Positions 26,425-39,479 of a stretch of DNA of 64,000 bases are shown here, piece after piece. The DNA comes from Camelus ferus (Eukaryota). A program made the position numbers and the translations under genes. The notes under the pieces were generated by a model. It saw nothing but the letters and a program-made list of their open reading frames with translations. It was not told the origin of the DNA and searched no databases. Numbering within the stretch: position 1 is the first letter of the stretch; each line of letters begins with the position of its first letter. The stretch lies in the NCBI RefSeq assembly GCF_009834535.1, contig NC_045697.1, forward strand, positions 100,566,001-100,630,000, read 5' to 3'.

Positions 26425-26755
26425 CAAAAAAAAAAAAAAAGGAACATATATACAAAACAGAAACAGAGTCATAGACATAGAATACAAACTTGTGGTTGCC
26501 AAGGGGACGGGGTGGGAAGGGACAGACTGGGATTTCAAAATTTGTAGACACTGACAAGCATATGCAGAATAGGTAAACAAGATTACACTGTATAACATAG
26601 GGAAATATATACAAGATCTTGTGGTAGCTCACAGTGAGAAAAAAATGTGACAATGAATATATATATATGTTCATGTATAACTGAAAAATTGTGCTCTACA
26701 CTGGAATTTGACACAACATTGTAAAATGACTATAACTCAATAAAAAAAAATTTTT
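26425..26755 (+). mobile_element. Young L1 3'UTR fragment
   Basis: Near-identical to 23115-23385, but with an extra ~21-nt segment (TGTAGACACTGACAAGCATATGCAG region), suggesting another subfamily. Confidence 0.9.
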
Positions 26756-26774
26756 TTAAATAATTTTAAGTGTA

Positions 26775-29050
26775 ACTTTTCTGCTTTTACTTAGGATGTA
26801 GAAAGTTGCATTCCCGCCATGAGAATGAGAAGGAGCTGGATAACCAACAAAAATCATAGCTTTATTGTTTAAGCCCATCTGAGAGCTAAGATCACAAAGC
26901 AACTCAATGAACCAAATGTGAAAGAAACCAACCCCTCCTAGGAAAGAAGACACGTATGGCTAATTCCATCTTTGGCAGGGGAGAGAGAAGAGGAGGAAGT
27001 GCCCACAGATACAGGTAATAACAAAACAAACTTTTCAATGAGTGTTTAAAGTCCAGATGTGGGCTAGGTGGCAATTTCAAATGACTAGAAACTCCAATTA
27101 CAAAAGAAGTCTGTACTCGCCTGTGAGCTCTTTTCCATGGGCCTTCACTGAATGGTTGTGAAGAGAGGAAGGGCAGAGCCAGAGGGCCGAGGTAGGCCCT
27201 ATGGGTATTGTGGGCATTAGACTTAGTAGGAAGCAGAGGCTGTCCGTTGCCAGTGGAAGAGCAAGAGAGCTGGAAGAGACCCCTTCCTCTTTCCTGAGGT
27301 CCAGGCATGTGAGTTCTGTTGACGTCTGGAGGCAAGGCAAAGACAAGGAAAGAAACCCTATAGTCAGGCCAGACTTCATGCTAAATTCAAGGTAGTGGCT
27401 TCCATCGTTCTAGGCAGATTTGGAAAACTGAGAAAGACCCCTCCCTAGGTGCAGTTTTATGGGGTCTTCTGAAGGCAGAGAGCAGAGCACAAGAGAACTG
27501 ACAGAAACCCTCCAGGCATTCAGACCCAATCTCTCCTAATAACAGGGCTCTGATCCAACCATCAAATAATTTGAAGCCTGTGGTGAACAGAGTCTAATAA
27601 AAACAACAATGAAACCTAGGCTCAGCTCAAACCCACCTTAGCAGCCTGACAAAGAAGAGGCCTCCTTTTCTAGAAATAGATATTGGTTACTCAGTCTCTG
27701 CTGTTAATTTACTTGTGAGTTCCAGCATTCAATTAAAAATAATTGAGACATGCAGAAAGCAAGAATTAATGACCAATTATTGAGAAGTAATAGCCACTAG
27801 AACCAGAGCCAGAGATGACCCAACTATTGGAGTTATCAGACAGGGACATTAAAATATAAGTGAAAAATATTTTAAGAAAGTTAGTGGAGAGGGTTGGCTA
27901 GCCTGTTAGACTGATGGTGCATTAATTTCCTGTTGCTGCTGTATCAAATTACCATGAACTTAGTGGCTTAAAAGCATAAATTTATTATCTTCAAGTTCTG
28001 GAGGTCAGAACATTGAAATTGGGATTGTGGGCTAAAATTAGGTATCATCAGGGCTGCCTTCCATTTAGGGGAGAATATGTTTTCTTGCTTTTTCCAGCTG
28101 CCAAAGGCTGCCTTCCTTCCCCAGCTCATGGCCCCTTCTTGCATCATCAAAGCCAACACATCATAGCATCTTCAAATCCTGTCCCTCCCTCTTTCACTTA
28201 TTAGAACCTTATGATTACATTGTGCCTACCTGGGTAACCCAGGATAATCTCATCCTCCCAAAGTCAGATGTTTAGCAATCTTAATCCTATATGAAACTTT
28301 AATTCCTCTTTGCCATGAGACACACCATTTACAGGTGCTAGGAACTAGGACATGGAAGTCTTTTAGGGGAGGAGGCATTATTCTGCCCACTCCAGACAGG
28401 GAATTTAATGGAGAGATGGATTACAAAAGTCAAGTGGAAATAGTAAAAATATCAAGATCAAGATATCTTTTGATGGGTCTATTGTGAACAAATAGCAGAT
28501 TATATGCTGAATTATAAAGCATATATCAATACATTTAAAAGTATTGAAATGATACACAATATGTTCACTGATATAATGTTAAATTAGTTAATAATAAGTA
28601 TTAATTAAAAGTGTAATCTCAAGCCATTAGGAAATTATACAACTAAATAACCCATGGGTCAAAGAAGAAATCACAAAGGAAATTAGAATGTAGTTTAAAT
28701 GACTAGATAATTAAAACAAAGCATATCAGAATATGTGGGTTACAACACAAAGGAGTCCTTAGAATAAAATTATACCTTTATGTGGCTATAATACACAAGG
28801 AAAGTGTTGTTAAATCCATGATTTATGCTGCAAGTTTAAGAAGATAGAAAAAGAAGAGCAAATTATATACAAAGTGAGGAGAAGTGACCAATTTTGTTGA
28901 TCTTTTCAAAGACCCAACTTCTGGTTTTGTTAATTTTTCTATTATTTTTCTATTCTCTGTTTCATTAATTTATGCTCTAATCTTTCATTTTCCCCTGCCT
29001 TCTGCTCTCTTTAGGTTTAGTTTGCTCGTCTTTTTCTGTGGTCTTAAGGA
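26775..29050 (+). mobile_element. Old L1M fragments (5' region and ORF2), interrupted by MLT1; last ~165 bp inverted
   Basis: GAGTTATCAGACAGGGACATTAAAATA (ORF1-like); AAATAACCCATGGGTCAAAGAAGAAATCACAAAGGAAATTAGAA (ORF2). 28886-29050 is ORF2 on the minus strand. Confidence 0.7.
27918..28395 (-). mobile_element. MaLR LTR (MLT1B/C/D-like)
   Basis: TTTCCTGTTGCTGCTGTATCAAATTACCATGAACTTAGTGGCTTAAAA...TTCTGGAGGTCAGAA...GCATTATTCTGCCCAC. Confidence 0.8.
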
Positions 29051-30429
29051 AAAAGGAATTTTTGGAACTTTTTTTACTCCATGTAGGATATTGGCATTCA
29101 ACTCACCATCCTACCGAGTCTTTTGGAGTTTAGAAGGCACCCAAATTCAGATGAGGAATTTGAACGGGGTGTACAATGGGTAAGGAAAATTAAGAGGACA
29201 TTGTGGGTGGAGCCTTTTAGACCAATTCAATGTACTTCTGTTATTGCTTCTACATCTAAATGTGTAGTATGATTAGATGTGTCATAGGCATATACTTACT
29301 AATCCCATAAGTGACAAAGGAAAAGCTAGATGTAAAGAAAGTGCTAATATCCTTGGGGACTCACAACTCTAATGACTCATTTGAGCTGTAGGTCTCGAGG
29401 ACTGATAGTTCCACCAATTGAACACTCTGGCAAAGGGAGCTGCTACTGGGTGGGGGGCGGGGTACACCTGGCATTTTGGATTCATCACTTTCCAGTCACA
29501 TCTAGCTACTAACTTCTTTTAGGGTTCTTCTCAACTCCCAACCCCAGGAGCCCTGTGTCTCTCTGGCCTAATATTTCCATTTTGGGGTATTTCAACTCAG
29601 ACTCCATAGCTAACAAGGTGGGAAGGGTACATAAAGCTTTGCTTTTAAAATGAAAATGGTATATTCAAAAATGCAACTGGCCTGGCTCCAGTGGTTTCTT
29701 GACTTTACAAGAAAAAGTGGCAGCTACCACACTAGGAGAAACTTCCTCCCCCTAGTCTGCTGCCTAAAGCAATGCCACTGGATTTTCTTGATTCAAGGAG
29801 ATTCACTTAAATGCGTGGGCCTTGTTCACTTATAACTTAACCAGGCTGAAACTTGATAGTGTCTACTGGATTGCAGCCTCAGTTCAGCCTGAGTCCCAGC
29901 TGTGCAGGATCAAAAATAGACATGGTTAGTCCACTTAGCTGAGGACCCAAGGCATTTCACGTATCTCTGTTACGGCCCTCAGTGAACCCTGCTGTGCTTT
30001 TCCTGACTCTTTGACCTTTGTCAATAGTCTGGCTGTTTGGTCTACCACTTGAAAAGCTACATGGCAGATTAAAGACATACCTCTTCAGAGCCAGGAACTA
30101 TAGAAATAAAGTCATGATTCATGATGATACTGTCTGAGTCACACATGTAGATGCCCATGATAAGGGCCTGTTTTCTGATGAGACTGCATGGAATCAAGGT
30201 ACCAGTGGGGACTTCTCCACCTAGATGCCACCATTGCTGCCTGATTCACCATTGTACCAGACCTACCAACACATTTACCATCAGAGACTTGGCGCAAAGT
30301 AAAGTAAAGGTGTCCTTGTTTTTGATTCAGAGAGCATCACTATCAGACTTCTATCAAAAGTTGACCCATTTGTCTTGCAGTGGAGAAGACCACGTCCCAC
30401 AGGGCATTGCCGCTGCTATTCCTAGAAGA

Positions 30430-30745
30430 CTGACTATGTTAGATCTTTGAACCCTTTCAGGGCTATCAGTAGTGCCTCGCTGCTGCTGATAGTTTTTCAG
30501 GTTATAGTGTTATTCTTCCAGTTTGATCAGCCAATTCTAGCCACATTATTGTGTCCCTTGAAACTAATCTATGTTATGTTTTTGACTCTCTGGTCCATTT
30601 GCAATTGGGAGAAGATGCACCTTTTATCACAAAGGCCACTCAACAATGAGTAATGATCAAGGTATTCAGTGGACTTTCCACACTTCCCACCATTCAGAGA
30701 CATCTGGTATGTTTGAGTGTTGGAATGGCTCCTTAAAAATAGATT
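30430..30745 (+). pseudogene. ERVL-type integrase core remnant
   Basis: Manual translation GYQ*CLAAADSFSGYS...PFITKATQQ*, then a frameshift, then DQGIQWTFHTSHHSETSGMFECWNGSLK; compare ERVL GIxWxxHxPHHPxAxGxIERWNGLLK. Confidence 0.85.
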
Positions 30746-31399
30746 CAAAACTATTTCTGACTCTATGTCTCTTATCTCTTTCTTGTCCACAAACCTTAGT
30801 AGGCAGTTTGGTCCCCAGAAGGAGATAATCTTATCTCGGTCACTTCCTGAATAATTATCAGGATAAAAGAGATGGGAGAGTTTATGGACTTATTTTGAAT
30901 TTTGGGGATTCTGCTCTGAACATTCCTGGATATGACGCTTTTTTTTTTTTTTCCTTACAGTAAATCAAGGCCAGCCTTGGGGATATATCATTTAGGCAGC
31001 AGTAAACCAACTGAAAGAGAATCTAAGGCTCTTGGATTCACTTGTTGAACTGACAATATTTTTAGAGCCTAAAGATAATAACCCCTTGGCTGAGTGCACT
31101 GTGAGCTGAGTCCCCCTACAGTGGACCATGCAGGCCAAATGGGGCACAAATCTCTAAGATTTATAAAAATGCCCGTTCCTCTAGCACCTGACCTTTCTGT
31201 ATGGAAAGTATGAGTGAGAGTAAGAGATGACTGGGGAGAAAAAAGTGCAGTTGTAGCTACCAGAATGAGACACACCAATTTTATGATGATTGAGGGAGAG
31301 TAACAATCCCAGCACCTGGGGAAGGAATGTCTTAAATCCTAGTGTGGTAGCTGCCACTTTTTCTTGTAAAGTCACTAATGATGTTTGTCTTTCAGAACT

Positions 31400-32520
31400 A
31401 CTCTTGGAACTTTTTCTATGAAGGGAAATGGTCTACTGCAGTTCTACCAAAGTGTTGCAAATGCCTTGAGTCTAACTGACTGCAGAGTTGGCCAACCCTT
31501 TCCAGATGGTCCTGACCATCATTTGATTTCTATTCCCATTAACCTTATTATAAAGTATACTAGAATGAGCAGGGAATGATCCCAGGTCTTCTCTGTCTCA
31601 TGCAAAACACTAGTCATCACATCTGGATATCTTTCCCACTAACTTTCTCAGTCATTCTGCAGAGCAGACAAATGTTGCCCACCTGATCATATGGACAAAC
31701 AGCACAGATTGAACTGTCTGTCCTCAGAGAGTCCCTCCAAAAAAAAGAATAGAGTCAGCTATTTGAACCGAACTGGGGACCCTAAAAACCTACCAGTCAG
31801 CTAGAAGACCACACTGGAGGCACTGTCAACCTCCTTGACTCATGTAGGTCCCACTTGAAGGGCCCCTAAGTTTATAAGCAACATTTTCTTTCCAGATAGC
31901 ACATGTGCCCCTGAAATGATACTTCGTGTGCCAACTTGCCAGGCATTAACTTGCTTCCTTCCTGAAAACATGGTGACTTGGACCTTAGGATGCTTATATT
32001 CATGTATTTAAGGAAACACTACAGGTAGTTCGTGTGTTTCTCAGATAACTGCAGAGACCTCTCCAAAATGAGCTTATCCTTGGCTATTTGGGAGAGTTTC
32101 CCAAGGGGAAGCTGTCTAGTTATTTATCCTTGTGATGAGAATCATTCAATTTCAACTTGTGTGACATTTGTCTTTGATTTTAGCTGAAGTAATCAGTGGC
32201 ACCACTTCAGATCTGGAAGGGGTTCAAGTATGCCTCAACTCACTGACCAGCATTATTATGGATGATGGAATTTCCCTAGACTTCCTTCTTGCAAGCCAGG
32301 ACAGACTCTGTGTAATTGCTAATACGTCAGGCCATACCTGGGCCAAGTGGAAAGGTCCATACAGAAATGTCTGAAGTCTCTGGATGTTCAAGGTATGCCC
32401 TGACGGTTTATAGCATTTGTTCAGCTGGCTTAGTTGAAACCCTGGGAGGGAAAGCATGGTGGAGGTCAGTACTGTAGGCTTTCCTTCTCCTGGTGTTTGG
32501 AGCCTTATTAAAAGGTGTAT
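31400..32520 (+). pseudogene. Retroviral env remnant (SU start and TM immunosuppressive domain)
   Basis: ANALSLTDCRVG (decayed CWxC context) near 31460. ORF 32168..32374 LNSLTSIIMDDGISLDFLLASQDRLCVIANTSGHTW resembles LxxVVxxNRxALDxLLAxxGGxCxxxNxxCCxW. Confidence 0.8.
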
Positions 32521-32639
32521 AAGGCAAATAAATGTATTCTGTTCTAACATCTATTAGAGTAATCAGAGTAACAAATAGGGTGTCATACTCATGGGAAAAT
32601 TTATCAGAAATCAATATGGCATAAAAAGCAGGGGTCCAT

Positions 32640-33827
32640 ATGGCTGGGAATAATTCCCTATAGGCTGGGTGTTTCCATGTACTATGTGACCAGTGACACC
32701 AAAAGCCTTGGTTCCAAGCTATCTTTTTAAGGATTTGTTTGTTTGTTTTGTTTTGTTTTAAGTAGCCTTTGTTTTTTAGAACGGTTTTAGGGTTTTGGAA
32801 AAATTGCACATCAGGTATAGAAAGTCCTATATACTGCCTACCACCCTCCACCACTGTCTCATCACACACAGTTTCCTCTTTTATTAACACTTTGCTTCAG
32901 TGTAATGTATTTATTGTAGTTGATGAACCAATATTGGTATGTTAGTATTAACTAATTAGTCTTTAGTTTGCCTTAGGCTTCACTCTTTATATTATACAAT
33001 TCTGTGGATTTTGACATTCCAGTATCAATAATTTCACTGCCTTAAAGATGCCCTGTGCTCCATCTGTTCATCCCTCTCCAGTTCCCACTGAACCCCTGGC
33101 AGCTACTGTTCATTTCTTTTTCTCTACAGTGTTGCCTTTTCCAGAATGTCATATATTTGGAGTCTTAGACTATGTAGCCTTTTCAGATTGGTTTCTTTAG
33201 CAATACATTAATATTCCACCATGTCTTATCAAGTCTTGATAGCACATTTCTTTTTATCAGTGATGAATACTCCATTGTATGCATCTACTATGATTTGTTT
33301 AATCATTCACCAATTACAAGACATCTTGGTTTCTTCCAATTGTTTTGCAATTACTAACGCAATTTCCAAAAACACTCCTGATTAGGTTCTTGTGTGGACA
33401 TAAGTTTTCAATTCACTTGGATAAATACCAAGGAATGCGATTGCTGGATCATATGGTAAGAGGATGTTTAGTTTTGTAAGAAACTGTCAAGCTGTCTTGC
33501 AAAGTGGGTGGACCATTTTACATTCCCATCAGCAATAAGTGAGAGCTAATGTTGCGCCGTGTCCTTATCAGCATTTGGCGTTGTCAGCATTTAGCATTGT
33601 CACAAACCCCCTGCATGCATAACAACCACTTGGGCCTCATCACTTCAGCTCGTGAGACGTGGAAGCAGGGGAAACTGATGCAAACATATTGATAGTCATG
33701 CTGTTTACTGTGCCCTGAGGGACAAAGTCTTTTGCCTCTGACTCAGTAGTCTCATATCTTATGCCGGAATCCATGAAATTTTTAGCTTGTGAAAAAGTAA
33801 AATCCCAGACTGTTTACAGTTCTTGGC
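32640..33827 (+). mobile_element. LTR40-like 3' LTR split by an L1 insertion
   Basis: 5' part TTCCAAGCTATCTTTTTAAGGAT and 3' part AAAGTCTTTTGCCTCTGACTCAGTAGTCTC...ATCCATGAAA...TAGCTTGT...GTAAAATCCCAGAC...ACAGTTCTTG match the recalled LTR40 consensus. Confidence 0.7.
32755..33595 (-). mobile_element. L1M 3' end inserted in the LTR
   Basis: Antisense L1 3' text (ATACCAAGGAATGCGATTGCTGGATCATATGGTAA, ACCATTTTACATTCCCATCAGCAA). Confidence 0.85.
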
Positions 33828-35640
33828 GTGTACATCCACCAAGAAAGACTTATACAAGAATGTTGATTGTAGTTTAATTCATAATAGCAGACATTTGCAA
33901 ACAAACAAAATATCCAACAACAGATGAATGGATAATCAAATTCTGGTATTTCGTTCAATGGAATACTACTTAGCAAAATAAAGGCACGCATTGCTGACAT
34001 GCACAATAACATGGATGAAAACCTACCAGATACACTGACTAAAATAAGGCAGCCATGAAACAGCACATGCCATGTACTTCCATTTATATGAAATTTTGGA
34101 ATTCGCATAACTAATTTATGGTTATAGAAGTGAGAACAGCATTTTATTTCTGAGCGGCAGAGACTGATTGGGATAGTTCTAAAGGGAAATTTCTTAGGTG
34201 AGGGAGAACTTGATATGGATACATCTTCAACATTGGGGTTTGTGTCATCCAACATTTCCTTGTCCTGAATTTGCCTTTTTTTTTAATGTAATTAAAAAGG
34301 GACAAAATGGCATTCCAAAAAAGTACAGTTTCAAAACTGACCAAACTGTACATGCAAGGTCTTTGTACCTCACTTACATATAAATTTTACCTTAATAACA
34401 AAAAATTAAATAATAACTACTAAATGAATACAAATGTGATATGGGATTTCTAAACCAAAGAAAACTGATTCAAGCCAACAATATAACATAAAGGAACAAA
34501 TAAAGAAGAAAGTAAGAGTATCTATAAACAAGAAAGCATAAAATAGATACTCAAATAAGTCAAAATATATCAATAATCACAACTAATTCCTTTCAAAAGA
34601 CAGAAGTTCCCAGAGTAAGTGACATAAAATACATTTTAAAAACAAGTGTTAACATTCCAGTCATTAGCACTTTGCAAAGAGACACCCATAAAACGAAATG
34701 AAATGTTTTAGGGTTAAGGGATGGATACACACAACTAACTAAAATAATTCTTTATGGTACTATCAGAAAACAAATATTCCCAGTCAGACAAAAGAAATTC
34801 AATGTGACAGTTTTATATATTGTTATAAAGGTACAACCTACCAGTATGTTATATCTCATGAATCTTTTATGCACCTAATATCATACCTTTAAAGTAAAGG
34901 AAAAAGTATAAGAAATTTAAGAAGACCTGACAAAGGTCAGTTATAGTTGAATCTTTTAACACAACTTTCTCAAAAGTTGGCCGAGAATGGAGACAAAATG
35001 TATCGATATGTATGATCTGACTAATTCTGTTAGTTTTCCATTATTGATTGAACAGTGACATATTTGGTCATACAGTAAACCACAAATAAAATTGCAAATA
35101 TTTCTCCATAAATGTGTCTAGGGAAAGTAGCATTCTGCTGTACCGCTGATGATACAAGTGGTTATAACAGCTTTGCAAGGCGACTTGGGCATGTCTATCA
35201 AGATTTAAAGTGCACATATATCTTATCCCAAAGGACTTTGCTTTGAGGAATGTATTCAACAAAATCACTCACATATGTGCATAAGGACATATGAATGAAG
35301 ATGCTATATAAGACATCATTGTAATATCAAAAAGCTGGAAACAATCTAATGAAAATCACAATTAGAATATTGGCTAAATTATGGTCAATCCATACAATGG
35401 AAAACTATGAATTCATTGAAAGGATGTGTGTGTATATATATACATACACACACATATATATATATGTATACACATATATACATATATGTAAATTTGTAAC
35501 TGTGAGGTGATGAATGTTCACTAAATTTATTGTGATCATTTCACAATATATACCTATATCAAATAATTATGGTGTGCATCTTAAACTAATATAATGTTTA
35601 TGTCACTTACATCTGAATATCTGAATAAAACTGAGGAAAA
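33828..35640 (+). mobile_element. Old L1MC/ME fragments
   Basis: CAACAGATGAATGGATAA...GGAATACTACTTAGCAA; TTTATGCACCTAATA; CCATACAATGGAAAACTAT; L1 3' tail near 35500-35640. Confidence 0.7.
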
Positions 35641-37399
35641 TAAATAACTTATATACATATGTATATATACATATAATGCTACAGAATTTATGAATGAGTG
35701 GAAATAAGCAAGTGACAACAGAATTATACATATTATAATATGATCCCACTCTTTGTCTACTTTAATACCTGTAGTAGTGGAAAGATACACCCTACAATGT
35801 AGGCAAGGGTGACTTCTGAGGCAGAAGATGGGATTTGGATGTAAAACAGTGAGGAAGTTTGCTAAATAAGACTTATTTAGCAAACTTCTATAGAACTTCT
35901 ATAGAACATATTATTCTATATTTATTTATAGTTTGAGTATTTTTATAGCCAAATATTCATTTATTAATTGTTTAACCAAATTTAATTCTAATTTAATTTG
36001 TAAACTACCAATCATCAAATTTTTAAAGATATCTTAACCCATGAGTTAAGTAAAGAAAAACAAAATTTTATTTTTTAATTCACTTAAAATATTTTTTATG
36101 GAGAACCAGATTGAATACAATTATCATCTCTGCTTAATAAAAAGTCTTTCATTATGGAATACTTAGCAATAGATTAATATAATGCTCCTCTGTTGTGCAC
36201 TCAAGAAAAATTTGTTAAATGAATTAATAAGCCTTTAGTATTTAGAGAGTACATGGACAAAAACAATGACAGCAACAATATATATTGTTATTAACTTGCT
36301 TGTGAAAGGAAATCTAAAATATTTTTTATAGGTATTTTCCATCTCCATGGATTTCCTAAAATTTGTTTGTTACAGACTTTGGAGCCAAATAGGAGATCAA
36401 AACAAATAGGAGATTTTTTTCTTGATGTGAACAAAAGAGTAAAATGAGTTGAGCAAATATGGGCAGGGTAAATTTAAGAAGCCATAAAGGCTTTGCCATA
36501 CCATGCTTTATAATTTAAAACAAAATCATGATTTGTGAGTACTATAATCACTACATAATTTTCTTTTTTACATGTTTTAGTGTATTTGTGTCTTTGCTAT
36601 AGATCTATCTCATCTATAAGTCTCTGAATATATTCAGAGAGTCTACGTCATGCATTATATGGAATATTGGACTAGATCAGAGGTTCCTGAATATTTTGGA
36701 TTCATGATGTTCTTAGTTCTCAGTAATTTTTCCATGTCTAGACCAAAAGAACTACCTTACAGCTCCTTTTGTAAGTCGCTAGGTCCAAAAATGTTAATAA
36801 ATATTTACATCTTCAAAACTTAGTATCTATTTTAAATAATATAAAATCATTTGAAAAAATGTTAAATATTTTTATTCTTAAATAAGCACAATTCGTGATT
36901 AACGGGCTGTGTGCCTTCACTGAGCACTGCACAACTTCTCAAACCTTGACACTAGACTAGATCCTGCCCCCTTCATCTGGTGCTTCACATTGATTGTGCT
37001 GCGGTACTTTTTACCATCTCAACCTAGGAAACTAACAGTTTTGAAAGGTATCATGTCGCTCAAAGGAATTTCACATTATCTAAAAACTGAAACCCAAATG
37101 CTTTGAGTGAGTAGTTCAGTATCTGACAGATGCTTGAAAAGTCAGTGTGTTTACACTGAAAAATTTAAAGGCCCTACTACCCTGTGGGTTTGTGAATTTG
37201 CTACAATAGACCAGGGCACGTTGGCCCACAACATGGGAACCACAGGACCTCATGGTTTGTAGGGTTTTTCCAGCTCTAAAATGCTATGATTCTGTGTAGA
37301 GAGAAGATTCTGACATTGGAAGACATTTCGTCTTTACAGCAATCAGGTTTAAAGACACCACTACATTCTGAGATCTGTACCCTTCATAAAGAAAAACGT

Positions 37400-37650
37400 T
37401 GAAGTGCAGCACGTAAAGGAGTAAATAATTTGAAACCAAGCACCTGTGGATTTTTATCCTGCATCCACCACTTACTAAATGGGGACCATCAAGTCATTTA
37501 AATTCTCTAAGCCTAGGTTTCTTCAAGTGTAAAATTAAGATAACGTACACAGCTCATTACAGCACTGTGATAACTAAATGAGATAACGCAGGTAAGCGCT
37601 CAACCAAATGCCTCACAACTTGTGTTTAATAAAGGTCAATAAGTGCTAAC
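37400..37650 (+). mobile_element. MIR SINE
   Basis: CCACTTACTA...CAAGTCATTTAAATTCTCTAAGCCTAGGTTTCTTCAAGTGTAAAAT...TAAATGAGATAA. Confidence 0.7.
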
Positions 37651-39479
37651 AATGAGAATTTTTACCTTTAGTTGAGTCTGAAGATATTTTTTTTAAAGAT
37701 GATGAGCTTCTCATAAACAAATCAAGTAGCCTATAATTGTCAAATATATCATTAAATGAAATTAGGAGATTGAGAGTGAAAAATAAAGATTTATGAACTA
37801 GCTTAAACAAACGTTGATCATTTTACTGAGTATAGTCTGTCTTGTTGAAGAGCTTAAAACTTAAAAAAAAATAAATCTGCATTAATTTCTACTTATTTCA
37901 TGAAAATATAACCCCAAAACTATATTTATTATTTTTTAAATTCCCCAGAGAATTAAAAGATGGAGAGGTCCTAAGAAATTCTTAACAGCATTAATGACTT
38001 GTTTTTAATAATTTTTAAAACCCATATAATTGAATTAATTACATGATTTGTTTAATTAAAATTTGTATTTAATACAGTATCCCATTCATCAATATAAAGG
38101 ATAAATGATAGAATCTCCTTAATCTTTCTTTTTTCCCCATTTAAGCTTATTGCCAGTTTCCACTCTGTGCCTGCCAAACAATTTTTTTCTCAAAATGAGC
38201 AAAATAGATTTTGAAATTAAAGCATTTTTCATTTCCAGTCTGAAAGCAGAGCAGAACTTGGAGTAGGAAGAAAACAGAGGCATCTACGTACACTAATATT
38301 ACAGATACATATTCAAGAGTAAAAGAGAACACTTGTTATTGTGGGTTTCCTCATTTTTATCAGTTTGCAAATCATTTGTGATAGTTGTGCTCTGGTTGAA
38401 ATGCTAAGAGTTTGAGTTTAATAGTAACTTAAAAAAAATCTTTGATGCAAACCATAGTTACTGGATAAGTTTCCAATCCGACTGAAGGAGTAAAGTTAAT
38501 ATCATGTTTGACCATGTTTGCGGCTGAGACATTCATTTACCTCAGGCCTCAAGCACATGCTGTTTATTGAGCAGCATTGTTCCTATAAATGCTGACTTTG
38601 CAGAATCTAAAAGGTGACAAGAAGGTCACCCTGGACCAGAGCCAGTGAGCAGCGCAGCTGCACTGTTGGGCAACAGCACTCCCGTTGATCTGCTGGGACG
38701 AGGATTGTGCAATTGTAGTGAAGGGATCGCCTCGAGTAGAGGAAGCAGAAGATGCTCTGTGGGACCGAGTGAAACCCATCTGCACTCTTGAGCACAGGAA
38801 CTGGAAGACAATAGTAATGGACGAGAATGACCTAATTTTCTTGGCATGAGATCATTGGTAGGAGAGCATAGGAAAAGAAAACCACCTACCCCCTTGAAGA
38901 GAAAGCAACAGTATCCCAAGAAGAATCTGAGACTCTCTCTCTCTCGATAAAACCTTGAAGAATTTATCTACATATTTTCTGCGCATTTTCCCCTACCTCT
39001 GCTTTTTCAATGGTACTCTAAGGGGAGATTTTCCCTCCCTATCTCCCCACTTCTACTATGGGACAACACAGAGGCAAAAATAGAGGCACAGAAAGATCGC
39101 AGAGTGTTTTAACTCTTGTTTGTAGAAGCTAAACACGAGTGGGGCTGGGGAAGGATGGCAGACAGAATTGAAAGGAAAGACCTGGCCGAGAGGTAAGGGG
39201 TAGATGGGACGGCATCATTAAATAGAGACTCAGCATTGAGCGGTCTGTCAGTGTAGACCTTCCCTGTAGTCCATCCTCTGTGTTCGACTTCTTCCGCAGC
39301 AATCGTAGACTTTTGTGCTCCCACCTCGTATAGAAATATCTTAAGTGTGGATGAGGGCTTGAAAGGAAAACTCTACTCCTGATCAAGGTGGAACTAAACA
39401 GAACCAGCTGGGCATTTCTCTTTCAGCCTGAGCAATGGTAAACACGCTGTCAATGTTAAGATTACACAGAAGGTCATTG

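Larger units (their letters stand above)
29060..32637 (+). mobile_element. Decayed class III ERV internal region (HERVL40-like), internally deleted
   Basis: Contains integrase and env remnants and abuts an LTR40-like LTR via a purine tract (AAAAAGCAGGGG). 5' boundary approximate. Confidence 0.75.

Noticed and set aside
32168..32374. Domesticated env (syncytin-like) gene
   Set aside because: Only 68 codons are open, the ISD and CX6CC motifs are mutated, and the surrounding frames are disrupted.
32408..34255. 160-aa and 157-aa minus-strand ORFs
   Set aside because: They cross LTR/L1 junctions or lie antisense to an L1 3' end, so they are chance open frames.
38584..38850. Plus-strand TATA-driven protein-coding gene
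   Set aside because: The nearest ATG gives a 5-codon ORF, the longer open frame lacks an early ATG, and no product is recognisable.
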